In this document: one piece after another, positions 48,568 to 60,132 of the stretch
How positions within the stretch are numbered: position 1 is the first letter of the stretch
Layout of the letters: every line of letters starts with the position of its first letter
Source: Chiloscyllium plagiosum
Taxonomy: Eukaryota
Direction of reading: 5' to 3'
DNA: 64,000 nt
Assembly (NCBI RefSeq): GCF_004010195.1
Contig: NC_057738.1
Span: 14,268,076-14,332,075, forward strand
Program-made: the position numbers and the translations under genes
Notes under the pieces: model-generated
What the model was told of the DNA's origin: nothing
Databases searched by the model: none
What the model saw: the letters and a program-made list of their open reading frames with translations, nothing else

Positions 48568-51300
48568 TACCATCAGGAGATGTTGCAAACAATATCAGCC
48601 AAAGGGGTATGGAATGTAACGAGAACTTGTAACTCTACTGCAAGTTGTGCTGACTAGTTACTTTGTTTCAAATCACTTTCAAATCTTGGATTTAGCTCCT
48701 CTAAAGTGAATACTTTGTAAGGACATCATTTCAAAACAGTATTTGGGTGTCGTGAATCAATCTCTCAGACGTCCGTCGTTCTCTATGACACGTTACTGAG
48801 CTACACCAGTCTGCTCCTGTGCTGTTACAATTATTCAATCTCCTTCCATCCTGTCTCACTCAATCCTTTTTTGCTGCCTTTTAAATGGTCACAGTCTTTA
48901 TGTGACTGGTCGATGGACAGGTTTGTATCCACTTTCAAGGATAAAGCTGTAGCCCTTTGAAATAGGTCATTTTATCAAAACATTCAGAATATTTCACTGT
49001 TCAATTATGAATTGAAGCGATAAGCAAAGCTTCTGTGCTTGATTTGTTGTCTGATATCTCACTGACTCAATGCATTTTGACTCGTGTCAGACCACAGCAG
49101 ACTAGTAGACCAGTCCAATAGATAGCCCAGCAATGTTTATGAGGTAGATCATCTGTGACACCGTCACTTTTTGATGCTATACGTGGAACTGGTGAACCGT
49201 CCCATACTGAGAGTTTTATATTCATAGGTTCCATCATGGTTTCCCATGTCTGGATATACACTTTCTATTAGAATTCATAGGGACAGTGTATTGACACTTG
49301 CCGCTGTGAATCTTAGTGGAAACGTGTGGTGCTGGAAAAGCACAGAAGGTCAGGCAGCATCTGAGGACCAGGAGAATCAATGCTTTGGGCATAAGCCCTT
49401 CATTAGGAATGGGGGGGTGGGGGGGGTGGGGAGATGGGGAGTGGTAATGGCGGTTGTGGTAGGGAAGGGGGCTGAGAGCTAAATAGGAGGGGGGGTGCTG
49501 GGGGAAGGGAGCTGGAAAAGCAATAGGTAGATGCATGTGGGAGTTGATGGTGATTGGTCAATTCTGGTGCTCCCTCCCCTTCCTGGACCTCTCCATCTCT
49601 ATTTCCAGCAACCAACTCAACACAGATATCTACTTCAAACCCACCAACTCCCACAGCTACCTGGACTACACCTCCTCCTACCCCTTCCCTTCCGTAAAAA
49701 CGCTATCGTTTACTATTCAATTCCTCCACCTCCGCCATATCTGCTCCCAGGACGAGCAATTCCACTCCAGAATATCCCAGATGGCCTCCTACTTCAAGGA
49801 CCGCAATTTCCCCTCCCATGTGGTCAACAATGCCCTCCAGCACATCTCCTCCACTTCCCGCACATCCCCACCCTCCAACCGCAACAAGAATAGACACCCC
49901 GGTCCTTACCTTCCACTGCACCAACCTCCGGACACAATGCATCATCCTCTGCCGTTTCTGCCACCTACAGTCAGACCCCATCATCAGAGATTTATTTTCC
50001 TCCCCACCCTATCAGTATTCCACAGAGACCACTCCCTCTGTGTCTCACTCGTTAGGTCCACACCCATACCCCCCCCACCCCCAACCAACCCACCCTCCAC
50101 TCCCAGGCACCTTCCCTGCCACCACAAGAGGTGTAAAACCTACGGCCACACACCAGCCCGCTCACCTCCGTCCAAGGCCCCAACGGATCCTCCCACATCC
50201 AGTAGAGATTTTCCTGCACAACCAAACACCTCATCTACTGTATCCATTGCTCTCGATGTGGTCTTCTCTACATTGGGGAGATAGGACGCCAACTCGCAGA
50301 ATGTTTCAGAGAACATATCTGGGACACATACACAAAACAACCCCACCGCTCTGTAGCCAATTACTTCAACCCCCTCCCCCAACCCACCCCCCCCAACACA
50401 CTCCGCCAAGGACATGGAAGTCCTGGCCACCTCCACTGCCAATTCCAAGCCACCCGATGCCTGGAGGAAGAACACCTCATCTTCTGTTTTGGGACGCTCC
50501 AACCACAAAGCATTAATGTCAATTTCACCAGTTTCCTCATTTCCTCTCTCTCCACCTCATCCCAACCCTTCAACTCAGCATCGCCACTTTGAACTGTCCC
50601 ACCTGTCCATCTTCCTTCCCACCTATCCACTGCACCTTCCCCTCCAACCCATCACCATCACCCACCACCTGCATCTAACTATCACCTTCCCAGCTACCTT
50701 GCCCCCAGCCCCACCCACATCCTCCTATTTATCTCTCAGCCCCTTCCCCCCCCAACATTCCTGATGAAGGGCTTATCCCCGGAATGTCGACTCTCCTGCT
50801 CCTCAGGTGCTGCCTGATCTGCTGTGCTTTTCCAGCACCACCCTTTCCAACTCTGATTCTCCAGCATCTGTAGTCCTCAATTTCTCCTTGTGAATCTTAG
50901 CCAATATTAAATCGCTGCCAACTTTCTGAGGACAGATCATTTGAATTTTTGCAAACATTTTGAGCAGTGTGATAACATTGATGCTTTCCATGAGATTGAC
51001 AGTGTTAAATGCATTCACCATTCTTTGTCCTGTTGTGTACATGGTCAAATTCTGGATTGTTGATCATTTTATACCTGTATTTCCAAGGGTATGCCAGCCA
51101 GCCTTTATTATAGCTTGAAAATACTCCTTGAAATCGGTCTGTTTGGAGTGGTGTTACTGATTGAAGGCTGGACATTTCTTTGTGTCATATACAGAAGGAC
51201 CCACCTTCCATATGTCTTGCTATGTTTATGTGTTCCAGTGATTATGTCAACCCACAATTTTGTATCTGTAGGCCTCATTGATGTAGGAATAAAGTGACAG
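48568..51300 (-). mobile_element. Decayed Gypsy (K02A2.6-like) gag-protease-RT relic, interrupted by a PLE
   Basis: Minus-strand remnants in order: KKCPAFNQ (zinc knuckle), AKIHS..SVNTL / NIKLSVWDGSPVP (protease), KYSECFDK, DWCSSV...DGRLR, CPYKVFTLEEL, VTFHTPFG*YC (RT). Confidence 0.7.
49317..50888 (+). mobile_element. PLE family A (Neptune-like), 5'-truncated, with inverted 5' terminal copy and 12-bp TSD
   Basis: TSD tgtgaatcttag at 49305-49316 and 50889-50900. Inverted arm 49317-49560. Coding remnant SLPFLDLSISI...TDIYFKPTNSHSYLDY, then IYCIHCSRCGLLYIGE (GIY-YIG). Decayed hammerheads at ~49377-49410 (minus) and 50757-50790 (plus). Confidence 0.92.
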
Positions 51301-52579
51301 TGTAATTGGAGCTGGGAAGTGCAATACATGTGAGCAGGAAGGCATTTTGATGTCTGGGTGAGGAGATGAGTCACTCCTCCTTTGACAGCAGTGCTGATGA
51401 GGTACAAAAGATGCACAGTGAGGGGAAATAGACACAGCAGCAGCACTGAGTCCACTTGAGACCTCACAGCTCTGCAAGCGTTTCTGCTTCATGTCGTGTA
51501 GTGGCTGGCAAGGACCAGGCAGTGAAGCAGTGCTGGTAGCATGGTGAATGTAACAAAGGGGTGGTGGCTAAGGAGGCCTACTCCACAGGTAGCTGCCAGC
51601 CTCCACCTGCTACATCCCCTCGCGGCCGGCTGAGTAAAGCCAGCAATGGAGGTGCACACAGACACAGTTGACGTAACAGCGTATGTCACACGGGGCCATT
51701 TTGTCACTTTGGAGCAGCACTCCACGTTAATATGCATGTCAAGAAAATCAGCAGTTCTTATACCAATCCCTGGAAACCCTACTGTATGCCATCTTTCAGT
51801 CTGAAAAACAACTCTTCACTATTCCTGCATCAAATCTATGTTCCTACTGTGCTTATTATTTCATAAATTTCTGCTTTAGTGGGAATTTTGCAATACTCAT
51901 AGAGATAGTTCTCTACATTTGTAAATAATTTAATGTGGAATTTACAATGGAATGTGGTTCTGATTGATCTTACTGAATTTATAGTTGCAAGAAAAAGAGA
52001 TGAACTTGATTGCTAGACCTATTGTTGCCACTAGATGTTGATGGCTATGTTCTAACTTGCTATAATGTAGAACATTTCAAAGTGCAATTGTGGTCACTAA
52101 TAGGAACTGCACTAATGACCCTTCATCACTTGAGAATGCAAAAGCGGTTGTTTAAATGCGCCTCTTGCCTTAACATTTACTTTCCACATTTAAATTCATC
52201 AGGCTTGTTAGTGAATTTGATTCCCCTGTGCTCTTTCAGACTTCACTGCATCACTTTAAGATCTTGTGCATGTGTGGGAGGTTTGAAATGTGACACATGT
52301 CCAGAGATCGGAGTTTGAATTAATATCAAGGCCGTGGGAATGTTTTGAGGCAGTGTCCTAGGGGTTTGGGAAGTTGACTTGGGAATCAGACATGGGATTG
52401 CTATGGCCTTGTCTGGGGGTCCCACGCACCGATTCTGTTTGCCCCCACCCTCCTCCCCTCACAAGACAATGTTGCTCAATAATGCCCACTTCATTTGGTT
52501 CTGATTCTTCACAAATATGATCTTGAAAAGGCAATTGGTCAGAAACAGCTGTCTGTTGTGACTAACATCTGAAATGCTG

Positions 52580-53545
52580 TCCAGGGTATTGACAGGATGG
52601 TGAAGGAGGCACTTGACATGCTTGCCTTCATCAGTTGGAGCATTGAGTACAGGAATTTTTAGAATGAATTAGAATTTCTACAGTGTGGAAATGGGCCCTT
52701 TGGTCCAACAAGTCCACACCAATCCTATAAAGAGTAACCCACCCAGACCCAATCTCCTACCCCTTACTAATACACCTAACCTACACATCCCTATGCGTAA
52801 TCTAGCATGGCAAATTCACCTAACCTGCATATCTTGGGACTGTAGGAGGAAACCACAGCACCCAGAGAAAACCCATGCAGCCACGGAGAGAATGGGCAAA
52901 CTCCACAGACAGCCGCCCGGGGCTGGAATCAAACCTGGGTCCCTGGCGCTGTGAGGCAGCAGTGCTAACCACTGAGCCACCGGAACTGGGATATTATGTA
53001 AAGCACATTGGAATAGTATGTAGAATTTTGGTTGGCCTTTTATAGAAAGGATAGTATTAAACTGAAAAGGCTGAAAATAGTATTTACGAGAACGTTACTG
53101 AGACTGGAAGGTTTAAGTTATAAGGAGAGGCTGGATAGACTGGGGCTTCTTTCCCTGTAGTATAGAACTCTGGTCTTATAGAGGTTTATAAAATCATTAG
53201 GAGCATTGATAGGATGAATAATCTATGTCTTTTCCTGGGGTGGGAGGGTTCAAAACTAGACGGCACAGGTTTAATGTGAGAGGGGAAAGATTTAAAAGGA
53301 ACAGGCAACCTTTCCACACACAGTGTCACACGTATATGGAATGAGTTGCCAGAGGAAGTGGTAGAGGTGGGTATAATTCCATCATTTAAAAGACATTAGG
53401 ACAGGGACATGGATAGGAAAGACTCAAGAGGAAAATGAGCTGAACACAGGCAAATGAGACAAATTCAGTTTCGGAAAGCTACTCAGCATAGATGAGTTGG
53501 GCTGAAGGGCATGTTTCCATGCTGTATCCCTCTATGACTCTATAT
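52580..53545 (+). mobile_element. HER1/CR1 LINE 3' part with nested HE1 SINE
   Basis: gacaggatggtgaaggaggcacttgacatgcttgccttc...gagaggctggatagactgggg...ctctatgactctat. Confidence 0.85.
52660..52982 (-). mobile_element. HE1-type SINE
   Basis: Reverse strand ggtggctcagtggttagcactgctgcctcacagcgccagggacccaggtttgattcc. Confidence 0.9.
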
Positions 53546-53787
53546 AAATACTGTCAATAAATACGGCATTTAAATCAACCCAGCATATCAGACAACCCCA
53601 TTTTTCCAGCTCCAAATCATGTTTTGGCATACACTCAGCGAACCTCATCCCACCATACTTAATGTTCAGCTATAGGTTGGTGTTGTTGCATTAGTAGCCA
53701 GCCTCTGATTATCACCACACAAACATAAAGTTTGCTTACTGGGTCCTTATAAGTGTCACAAGCAATCATGTAAGCAATGTAGATGCT

Positions 53788-54045
53788 ATGGAAAAGCATA
53801 GCAGGTCAGGCAGCATCTGAGGAGCAGGAGAACCAATGTTTCAGGCATTAGTCCTTCATCAGGATTGAGGCATGTGGGCCGGGGGCTGAGGGACAAATGG
53901 GAGGGGGGGTGGGGTTGAGGGTTAAGTAGCGGAGAATGCAATAGGTAGATGAAGGTGAGGGAGAAGGTAATAGTTCAGAGGAGGGTGGAGCTGATAGATG
54001 GGAAAGGCGATGGACAGGTCAGGACGGCGGCACTGAGGAGGAGGC
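53788..54045 (-). mobile_element. PLE family A 3' terminal fragment
   Basis: ggaaaagcatagcaggtcaggcagcatctgaggagcaggag...tgtttcaggcattagtccttcatcagg, followed by the G-rich UTR. Confidence 0.8.
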
Positions 54046-54216
54046 TCAAGTGAACTTTTAAAAACATTTTGCGATTTACATGTGAAAGAACTGAAACCAA
54101 CATTGGCATTCTAAAAGAAGACAGACTTAACAAACAATCCAGGTCTTTTTCAGTATATAGTTTCAGTTACACTACAAACTTTTGCTATAAATTCTGTGTC
54201 TTACAATTTTATTCTT

Positions 54217-55450
54217 AGCAAGTTTTGAGAAGGTTTATGAGGTTTTGGAAGTAGGTTTGCTCGCTGAGCTGAAAGGTTTGTTTCCAGACGTTTCATCACC
54301 CTACTAGGTAACATCTTCAGTGGGCCTCAGGCAAACCACCGCTGATAGAAAGCAGGAACTAGTTATATGTTTGGGTTTCTTTGGGTTTGTGATGCCACTT
54401 CCTGTGGTGAAGTCACTTCCGGTTCCTTTTCTCAGGGGATGGTAGATGGGGTCTAACTCGATGTGTTTGTTGATAGAGTTCCGGTTGGAATGTCAAACTG
54501 CCATTCCTAGATGTCGCAGTTGAGCGAACAGCCAATGAGAAACTCCAAATCAGCATCTACAGGAAAACAACACATACGGACCAAATATTGAACGACAGAA
54601 TCAGTCATCCCAACATCCACAATGAAGCTGCATCAGAACATTATTTCAATGAGCCAACACACACTACAGCACAGAGGAACTACGCAGAGCAGAGGAAAAT
54701 CACCTGTACCCTGTATTCAAGAAGAAAAGGTATCCAATGAACACAGTCCGGCGATTTCTCAGCAACAAACCCAAACATGCAGACAAAACATGTCCAGAAA
54801 CCCTAGCCACTCTCCACTATGTCAAAGACATCTCGGAAATGACTGCCAGACTACTCAGACCCCTTTGCATCATGGTAGCCCACAAACCCACCAAACACTA
54901 AAACAGCAGCTAATGAACTTGAAAGACCCTATACAGGCAACAAGCAAAACTAATGTCATTTACAAAATACCATTCAAGGACTGTAACAAACACGACGTTG
55001 GACAAACAGGTAGAAAACTAGCCACCAGGATACATGTACACCAACTAGCCACAAAAAGACATGACCCTCTCTCACTAGTATCCTTACATACGTATGAGGA
55101 AGGACACCACTTCGACTGGGACAATACATCCATTCTAGGACAAGCAAAACAAAGACATGCATGAGAATTCCTAGAAGCATGGCATTCCAATGTGAACTCT
55201 ATTAACAAATACTTCGAATTAGACCCCATCTACCACCCACTGAGAAAAGGAACAGGAAGTGACTTCACCACAGGAAGTGACTTTACAACAGGAAATGACA
55301 TCACCAACCCAAAGAAACCCAAGCATATAAATGGAAAGCAGGAACAATCAGCGGTGCTTTGCCTGAGGCCCACTGAAGACGTTACCTAGGAGGGTGACAA
55401 AACGTCTGGAAACAAACCTTCCAACTCAGCGAGCAAATCTACATCCAAAA
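54217..55450 (+). mobile_element. PLE family C (Poseidon/Penelope-like), 5'-truncated, with inverted 5' terminal copy
   Basis: Inverted arm 54217-54495 mirrors 55183-55450. Coding remnant KLPFLDV...IYRKTTHTDQILN and NVIYKIPFKDCNKHDVGQTGRKLATRIHVH. Imperfect TSD aattttattct/aatcttattct. Confidence 0.9.
54284..54323 (-). ncRNA. Minimal hammerhead ribozyme motif (family C)
   Basis: Reverse strand cca CTGAAGA T GTTACC tagtag GGTGAT GAA ACGT C tgg. The partner copy at 55370-55409 has a G-to-A change in GAAA. Confidence 0.75.
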
Positions 55451-56050
55451 TCTTATTCTCCACAACCACCTGATGAAGGAGCAGCGCTCAAAAAGCTAGT
55501 GCTTCCAAATCAACCTGTTGGACTATAATCTGGTGGTGAGTGATTTTTAACTTTATATTCAATGTATAAGGCAATGGCTTTTTTTTGGAAAGATTCTTCA
55601 GGGCTTCAAATGTTGACTTATTTGCTAACATCCATGGAGCTCAATTTGCAAAAAGCAAATTCTAATCAGTTCAATCAATTAGCACTGAGGATCTGAGTCC
55701 AAATGATGGTATAACATGGTCGATAAGACAGCCTCCGGTTCACAATAAAATGTTACAATCCACAATTCTTAAACAGACCCTTGCTAGTGTGTCTTGAATG
55801 AAAAGACATATTGTTTGCTCATGAAGGAGATTTCACATGTGACTAACATATTGTGAAATACACACTGTCAATTTTAACTTCATGTGAGGACACAGAGTTT
55901 TTTATAAATGATATAGACAATGCAAAAGTAGGTTTAGGTACGAAAGAAAAGGCTGGACTTGTGCAACAAAAAAATGAAAATGTTAAAAGTGGAAGAGATG
56001 TAAAGATTTCACAGGAGAACCTTACATCTAAATCTAAGAAAAACTGCATT

Positions 56051-56870
56051 CATGTTTTGCAATGCACATACTCCCAGAAGTGTTGGTAAAGGGCAATCAT
56101 TTACTAGAGATGCATGTTGTGTAATGTTATCGTTATCTCTCTCTTTGGCTCTAACCACACCTATTGTTAACTCCTTACCCCAGCCCCACCATATTTTCTT
56201 GTTTCTCACTGGGATATATGTTTGTTGTGAACTATGACAGTTTTCCAAAATGTCTGCCATTGTTTGCATGTTTTGCAATGCGCATACTCCCAGAAGTGTT
56301 GGTAAAGGGATGGTAGCTCGGGAAAAGTTGTATTTTATGCAGAAGGTAGGATGGGGGGCAGGGGGTTAAAGAGTAAACGATAGGTGGGGATAGAGCCCAA
56401 AGAGAGAGAAGAACAGTTGGACAGCCATAAAGATGGGGCATGATCAGCCTGGGAGGATGAGTACCTATTAGTGGATATTTAGTGATTCCCAGAAGTGTTG
56501 TAATGTTATCGTTATCTCTCTCTTTGGCTCTGACCACACCTATTGTTAACTCCTTACCCCAGCCCCACCATATTTTCTTGTTTCTCACTGGGATATATGT
56601 TTGTTGTGAACTATGACAGTTTTCCAAAATGTCTGCCATTGTTTGCAACTATTTTTGTTGCTAAATTCCTTTCTCCGTTCACGCTATCATTAATCACTAA
56701 ATATCCACTAATAGGTATTCATTCTCCCAGGCTGATCATGCCCCATCTTTATGGCTGTCCAACTGTTCTTCTCTCTCTTTGGGCTCTATCCCCACCTATC
56801 GTTTACTCTTTAACCCCCTCCCCCCCATCCTACCTTCTGCATAAAATACAACTTTTCCCGAGCTACCATC
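56051..56870. repeat. Mosaic of direct and inverted near-identical duplications
   Basis: A 56051-56093 = 56267-56309. B 56120-56268 = 56499-56647. C 56692-56870 is inverted at 56309-56487. Confidence 0.9.
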
Positions 56871-56975
56871 AGTTCTAAGGAAGGGTCATTGCACCAGAAA
56901 TGTTAACTCTGATTTCTCTCCACAGATGCTGCCAGACCTGCTGAGTCTTTCCAGCAATTTCTGTTTTTGTTTATG
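56692..56975 (+). mobile_element. PLE family D 3' UTR and terminus
   Basis: Pyrimidine-rich UTR, decayed hammerhead agttctaaggaagggtcattgcaccagaaatgttaac, and terminus gatgctgccagacctgctgag. Confidence 0.75.
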
Positions 56976-56984
56976 TTCCCTCAG

Positions 56985-57380
56985 GCTTTTCTGTTCCTTT
57001 TTATATATTTAAAGAAGCTTTGGTGTCAGTCTTGCTAGTTCTTGCACGTTTACACTCAAATTTTATTTTATCCTTTTTTTGTTAGCCATCTTTTGTTCAT
57101 TTTTAAAACTCTCCCAATCCTCTGTTTAACTATGGAGCATTGCTACATTGTAATTTTTTTAGCTTTCAATTTGATGTTGTCCTTAACTTCTCCAGTTAAC
57201 AATGGTTAGCTTATCCCTTCAGAGGTTCCTTGTTGCTCACTGGGATATGTTGGTTGTGAACTATGACTATTTTCTTAAATATTTGCCGTTATTCCATAAC
57301 TACCTTTGATGCTAAACTCCAATCCCAGTCCTCTCCATCTAGCGCAGTCCTCTTTAATTACCCAAATTAAAGGCAGTTAT
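56985..57380 (-). mobile_element. CR1 ORF2 internal remnant
   Basis: Reverse-strand homology to 63050-63380 (aaagcttctttaaatatataaaaaagg). Confidence 0.65.
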
Positions 57381-58206
57381 GAGTCAAAGATCAGAAATTA
57401 CTTTGAAAATGTTAGTACATACGTAATAGAACCAATTAAAATATTTGTTGTGTAAAGTTTTATGGATCTAGTTGCGCAGTTTTGAATGCTAATTTCACAT
57501 TGCTTTAATCACACCAATACTGAGAAAAATCATTCAACAGGATAAATATTTCAGTTAATTATATTTAGAATTCTGAATTAAACATAACATTGTCCATTAT
57601 CAACAATGCTGGACTAGGCAATTGTAAATAACAAGTGTTTCTGACGGTGCAACTTTAAACTCATAGTCAAAGGCAGGATGAGTCTTAAATAGAAATTACA
57701 ACATGGAAAGCAGCCATTCGCTCAACTGGTATGTGTTGGTGCTTATCTTTCATAACAGCAGTGGTCCTGATCCTATGTGCCCTCCCTGTTTCCAGAGTAA
57801 ATTTCCTTATGGTATTCCTATGTCTGCTCCTTTAGCTGAAGTTTTACTCATCTGAGATAAGCAGGCTCATGTCTGAATGGATTAAGCAAATGTGTCAAAC
57901 ATTCATTCCTCTAAGAGTTATTTCAAGTTACTTTGTTATTTACAGTCCAGCATGTAGGAGCACGTAAGCAGCTGGGGATTGTGAAATTAATGCAGTTCAT
58001 CCTTAGCAATTAACTATTAAGAAATAGTGACTTTGAGGTAATCAAAGTAATGTATTTTCTCTCAGTTTAGTTTAAAATGGAAGTTTTCACAGTTCTTCTG
58101 AGTTCAATTGTACAGTTGTGAAGAATATTCAACTTAAATTCTTACATGTCAGCTACAGAGCTTCGAATCACATTATAATTCTAACACTTCACTGATTTTC
58201 TAAGTA

Positions 58207-58703
58207 CAGTTTGAGTATCCGATATCCTCATGTTCGAAAACTGACAAGGCCAAAAAGCCAAAGGTTTTTCTGAAAGCAGAACCAAACAGACCTACAGACC
58301 TGCACTGAGTTTGGGCCCTTTGACAAAAAATCTTCACTTGGTCCAAACTGACCCAAATAGATCTAAAAGCAAAGCTTTTCTTACCCAAAGGGCTCGAATG
58401 GACCTGAACAGACCAAATCAGCCAAGGCGGTAAGTGTAGCAAGAAATAGAGACCAAAAATAGTAAGTGCAGAGATAATGAGAAAAATAATTTACCATCAC
58501 GTTTTTTTGATAAAGATATTGTAAACCTAATCCCCAACAGACTGGAACATGAGTTCAAGAGTTCAGTGAATATTTTGTTTTTGATGGTGAAATAATTAAT
58601 AAAAGATCTTGGAGAATAAGGGAAGTTTATTTGAAGACTGAAAATACCTTTCACCTGAAATACAGCTGATCCCAAGGTTTTCGGATAAAGGATTCCTGAC
58701 ATG
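58207..58703. mobile_element. Old Tigger/pogo-like non-autonomous DNA element
   Basis: TA|cagtttgagtatccgatatcc ... cccaaggttttcggataaaggattcctgacatg|TA. Degenerate TIRs (13/21) resembling Tigger4-type ends, with TA flanks. Confidence 0.5.
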
Positions 58704-58824
58704 TAGTGCAAAGTTATGACTGAGGTTGGAGGAGTGCACTGTCTTTCTCTAGTCCCATTACTCCACTGGTCATAACATGAAATGTTTTACCCATTTACTG
58801 GCATGACCAATTATATTATTTGTC

Positions 58825-58950
58825 AGTTCTAAAAAATAATCACTGGACTCAAAACATAAACTTTGTTTTTTCTCCACAGATGTTCCCTGGCTTACTGACT
58901 TTCTCCAGCAATTTCTGCTTTTGTTTCAGATTTCTAACAATCACATTTTT
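58825..58950 (+). mobile_element. PLE family D terminus (decayed)
   Basis: cagttct...tcactggactcaaaacataaac...tctccacagatg...ctccagcaatttctgcttttgtttcagattt. Confidence 0.6.
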
Positions 58951-59132
58951 TGTTTCATTATATAATTTATCTCTATTGGTTTCATAACTCAAAAAAATCT
59001 ATCAACCAAATTTATTTAATAAACAAAATTATTGCTTTATTGTAGCAACAAGACTTATTCAACGAAGGTGCAATGCAGTTTGAAAAACATGGACGTATAA
59101 TATTAACCCTTCTAAGTAAACTAATAACCTAA

Positions 59133-59293
59133 TACAAACGCACATACACACGCACTCACACAGACACACACGCACATACAGACACACATGCACATACATA
59201 GAGACTTACACCACACACACACACTACACACACATAAACATACACACACAAATACACACGTACACATGTATATATACACACACACACACATAC
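59133..59293. repeat. Imperfect (CA)n microsatellite
   Basis: About 160 bp of cacaca/cataca/cagaca. Confidence 0.95.
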
Positions 59294-59815
59294 AGGTTAA
59301 AGGAAAGAAAAGAACATTTCTCTGCAGAAATATATCTTTTAAAACATACTTTTGTGGAATACTTGTTAATTCTTAAAGAAAAACAACAATGAGCTATGAA
59401 ATGTTCCATTTGACTTTGGCCTGGCATTCTGATATACAGGCAGGTATGTGACTGAACAAATGAGATTGTCACTGGAATATTTTCAGAAGCAGTTTATTTA
59501 AGAGATATATTGAGAAGAAGTCTTCCAGAAGCTTCTCAAGAGAATTACCATATCAGTTTTCCAGTTCTCACACTGGACTCTAAAAGTGTTTTCTCAAAAA
59601 ATTGTAGAAAAAGATTAGTCGATGGCTTCTCTCTTAGGCTACACCCCAACTGAATTTTCCAAGCAATATTGGAAACAAACAAAAGTTCTAACAGCCTTAA
59701 ACCAGACATGTGATTTCTATATACAAAAGTTCAAGCAGTTCCATAAATATGGTTCTGGCTGTTAACTGAACTTAACTGTTAATTGCCGTAAATGTTTTTT
59801 AAAAAAATGTATATG

Positions 59816-60132
59816 TAGGATAGCATGATGGCTCAGTGGTTAGCAATCCTGCCTCACAGCACCAGGGACCTGGGTTCGATGCTGTCCTTGGGCAACTTTC
59901 TGGGTGGAGTTTACACATTCTCCCTGTGTCTGCATGGGTTTCCTCTCACAATCCAAAGATTGCAGGTTAGCTGAATTGGCCATGCTAAATTGCCCATTGT
60001 GTCCAGCTGGGTGGATTAGCCATGGGAATTACCAGGATAGGGTCGGGGAGTAGGTCCGGTTGGATTACTCTTTGGAAGGTTTGTGTGGACTTGATGGGCC
60101 AAATGGCCTGCTGTCATACTGTAGGAATTCTA
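59816..60132 (+). mobile_element. HE1-type SINE
   Basis: A box tggctcagtgg, B box ggttcgatgc, and typical body and tail. Confidence 0.88.

Larger units (their letters stand above)
54046..55555 (+). mobile_element. PLE family B 3' UTR, split by a family C insertion
   Basis: ...ctgtgtcttacaat (~54206) continues as ...ctccacaaccacctgatgaaggagc (55451 onward), collinear with the reverse complement of 21380-21500. Confidence 0.75.

Noticed and set aside
47010-49082. Direct repeats as an LTR pair
   Set aside because: The repeat translates as internal pol sequence and lacks TG...CA ends, PBS and PPT.
55250-55305. Tandem caggaagtgac repeats resembling an ETS-site cluster
   Set aside because: They are part of the family C PLE 3' UTR (mirrored at 54394-54425), with no evidence of host regulatory use.
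1172-60132. tRNA genes
   Set aside because: The A/B-box heads continue into HE1 SINE bodies and LINE-like tails, with no complete cloverleaf.
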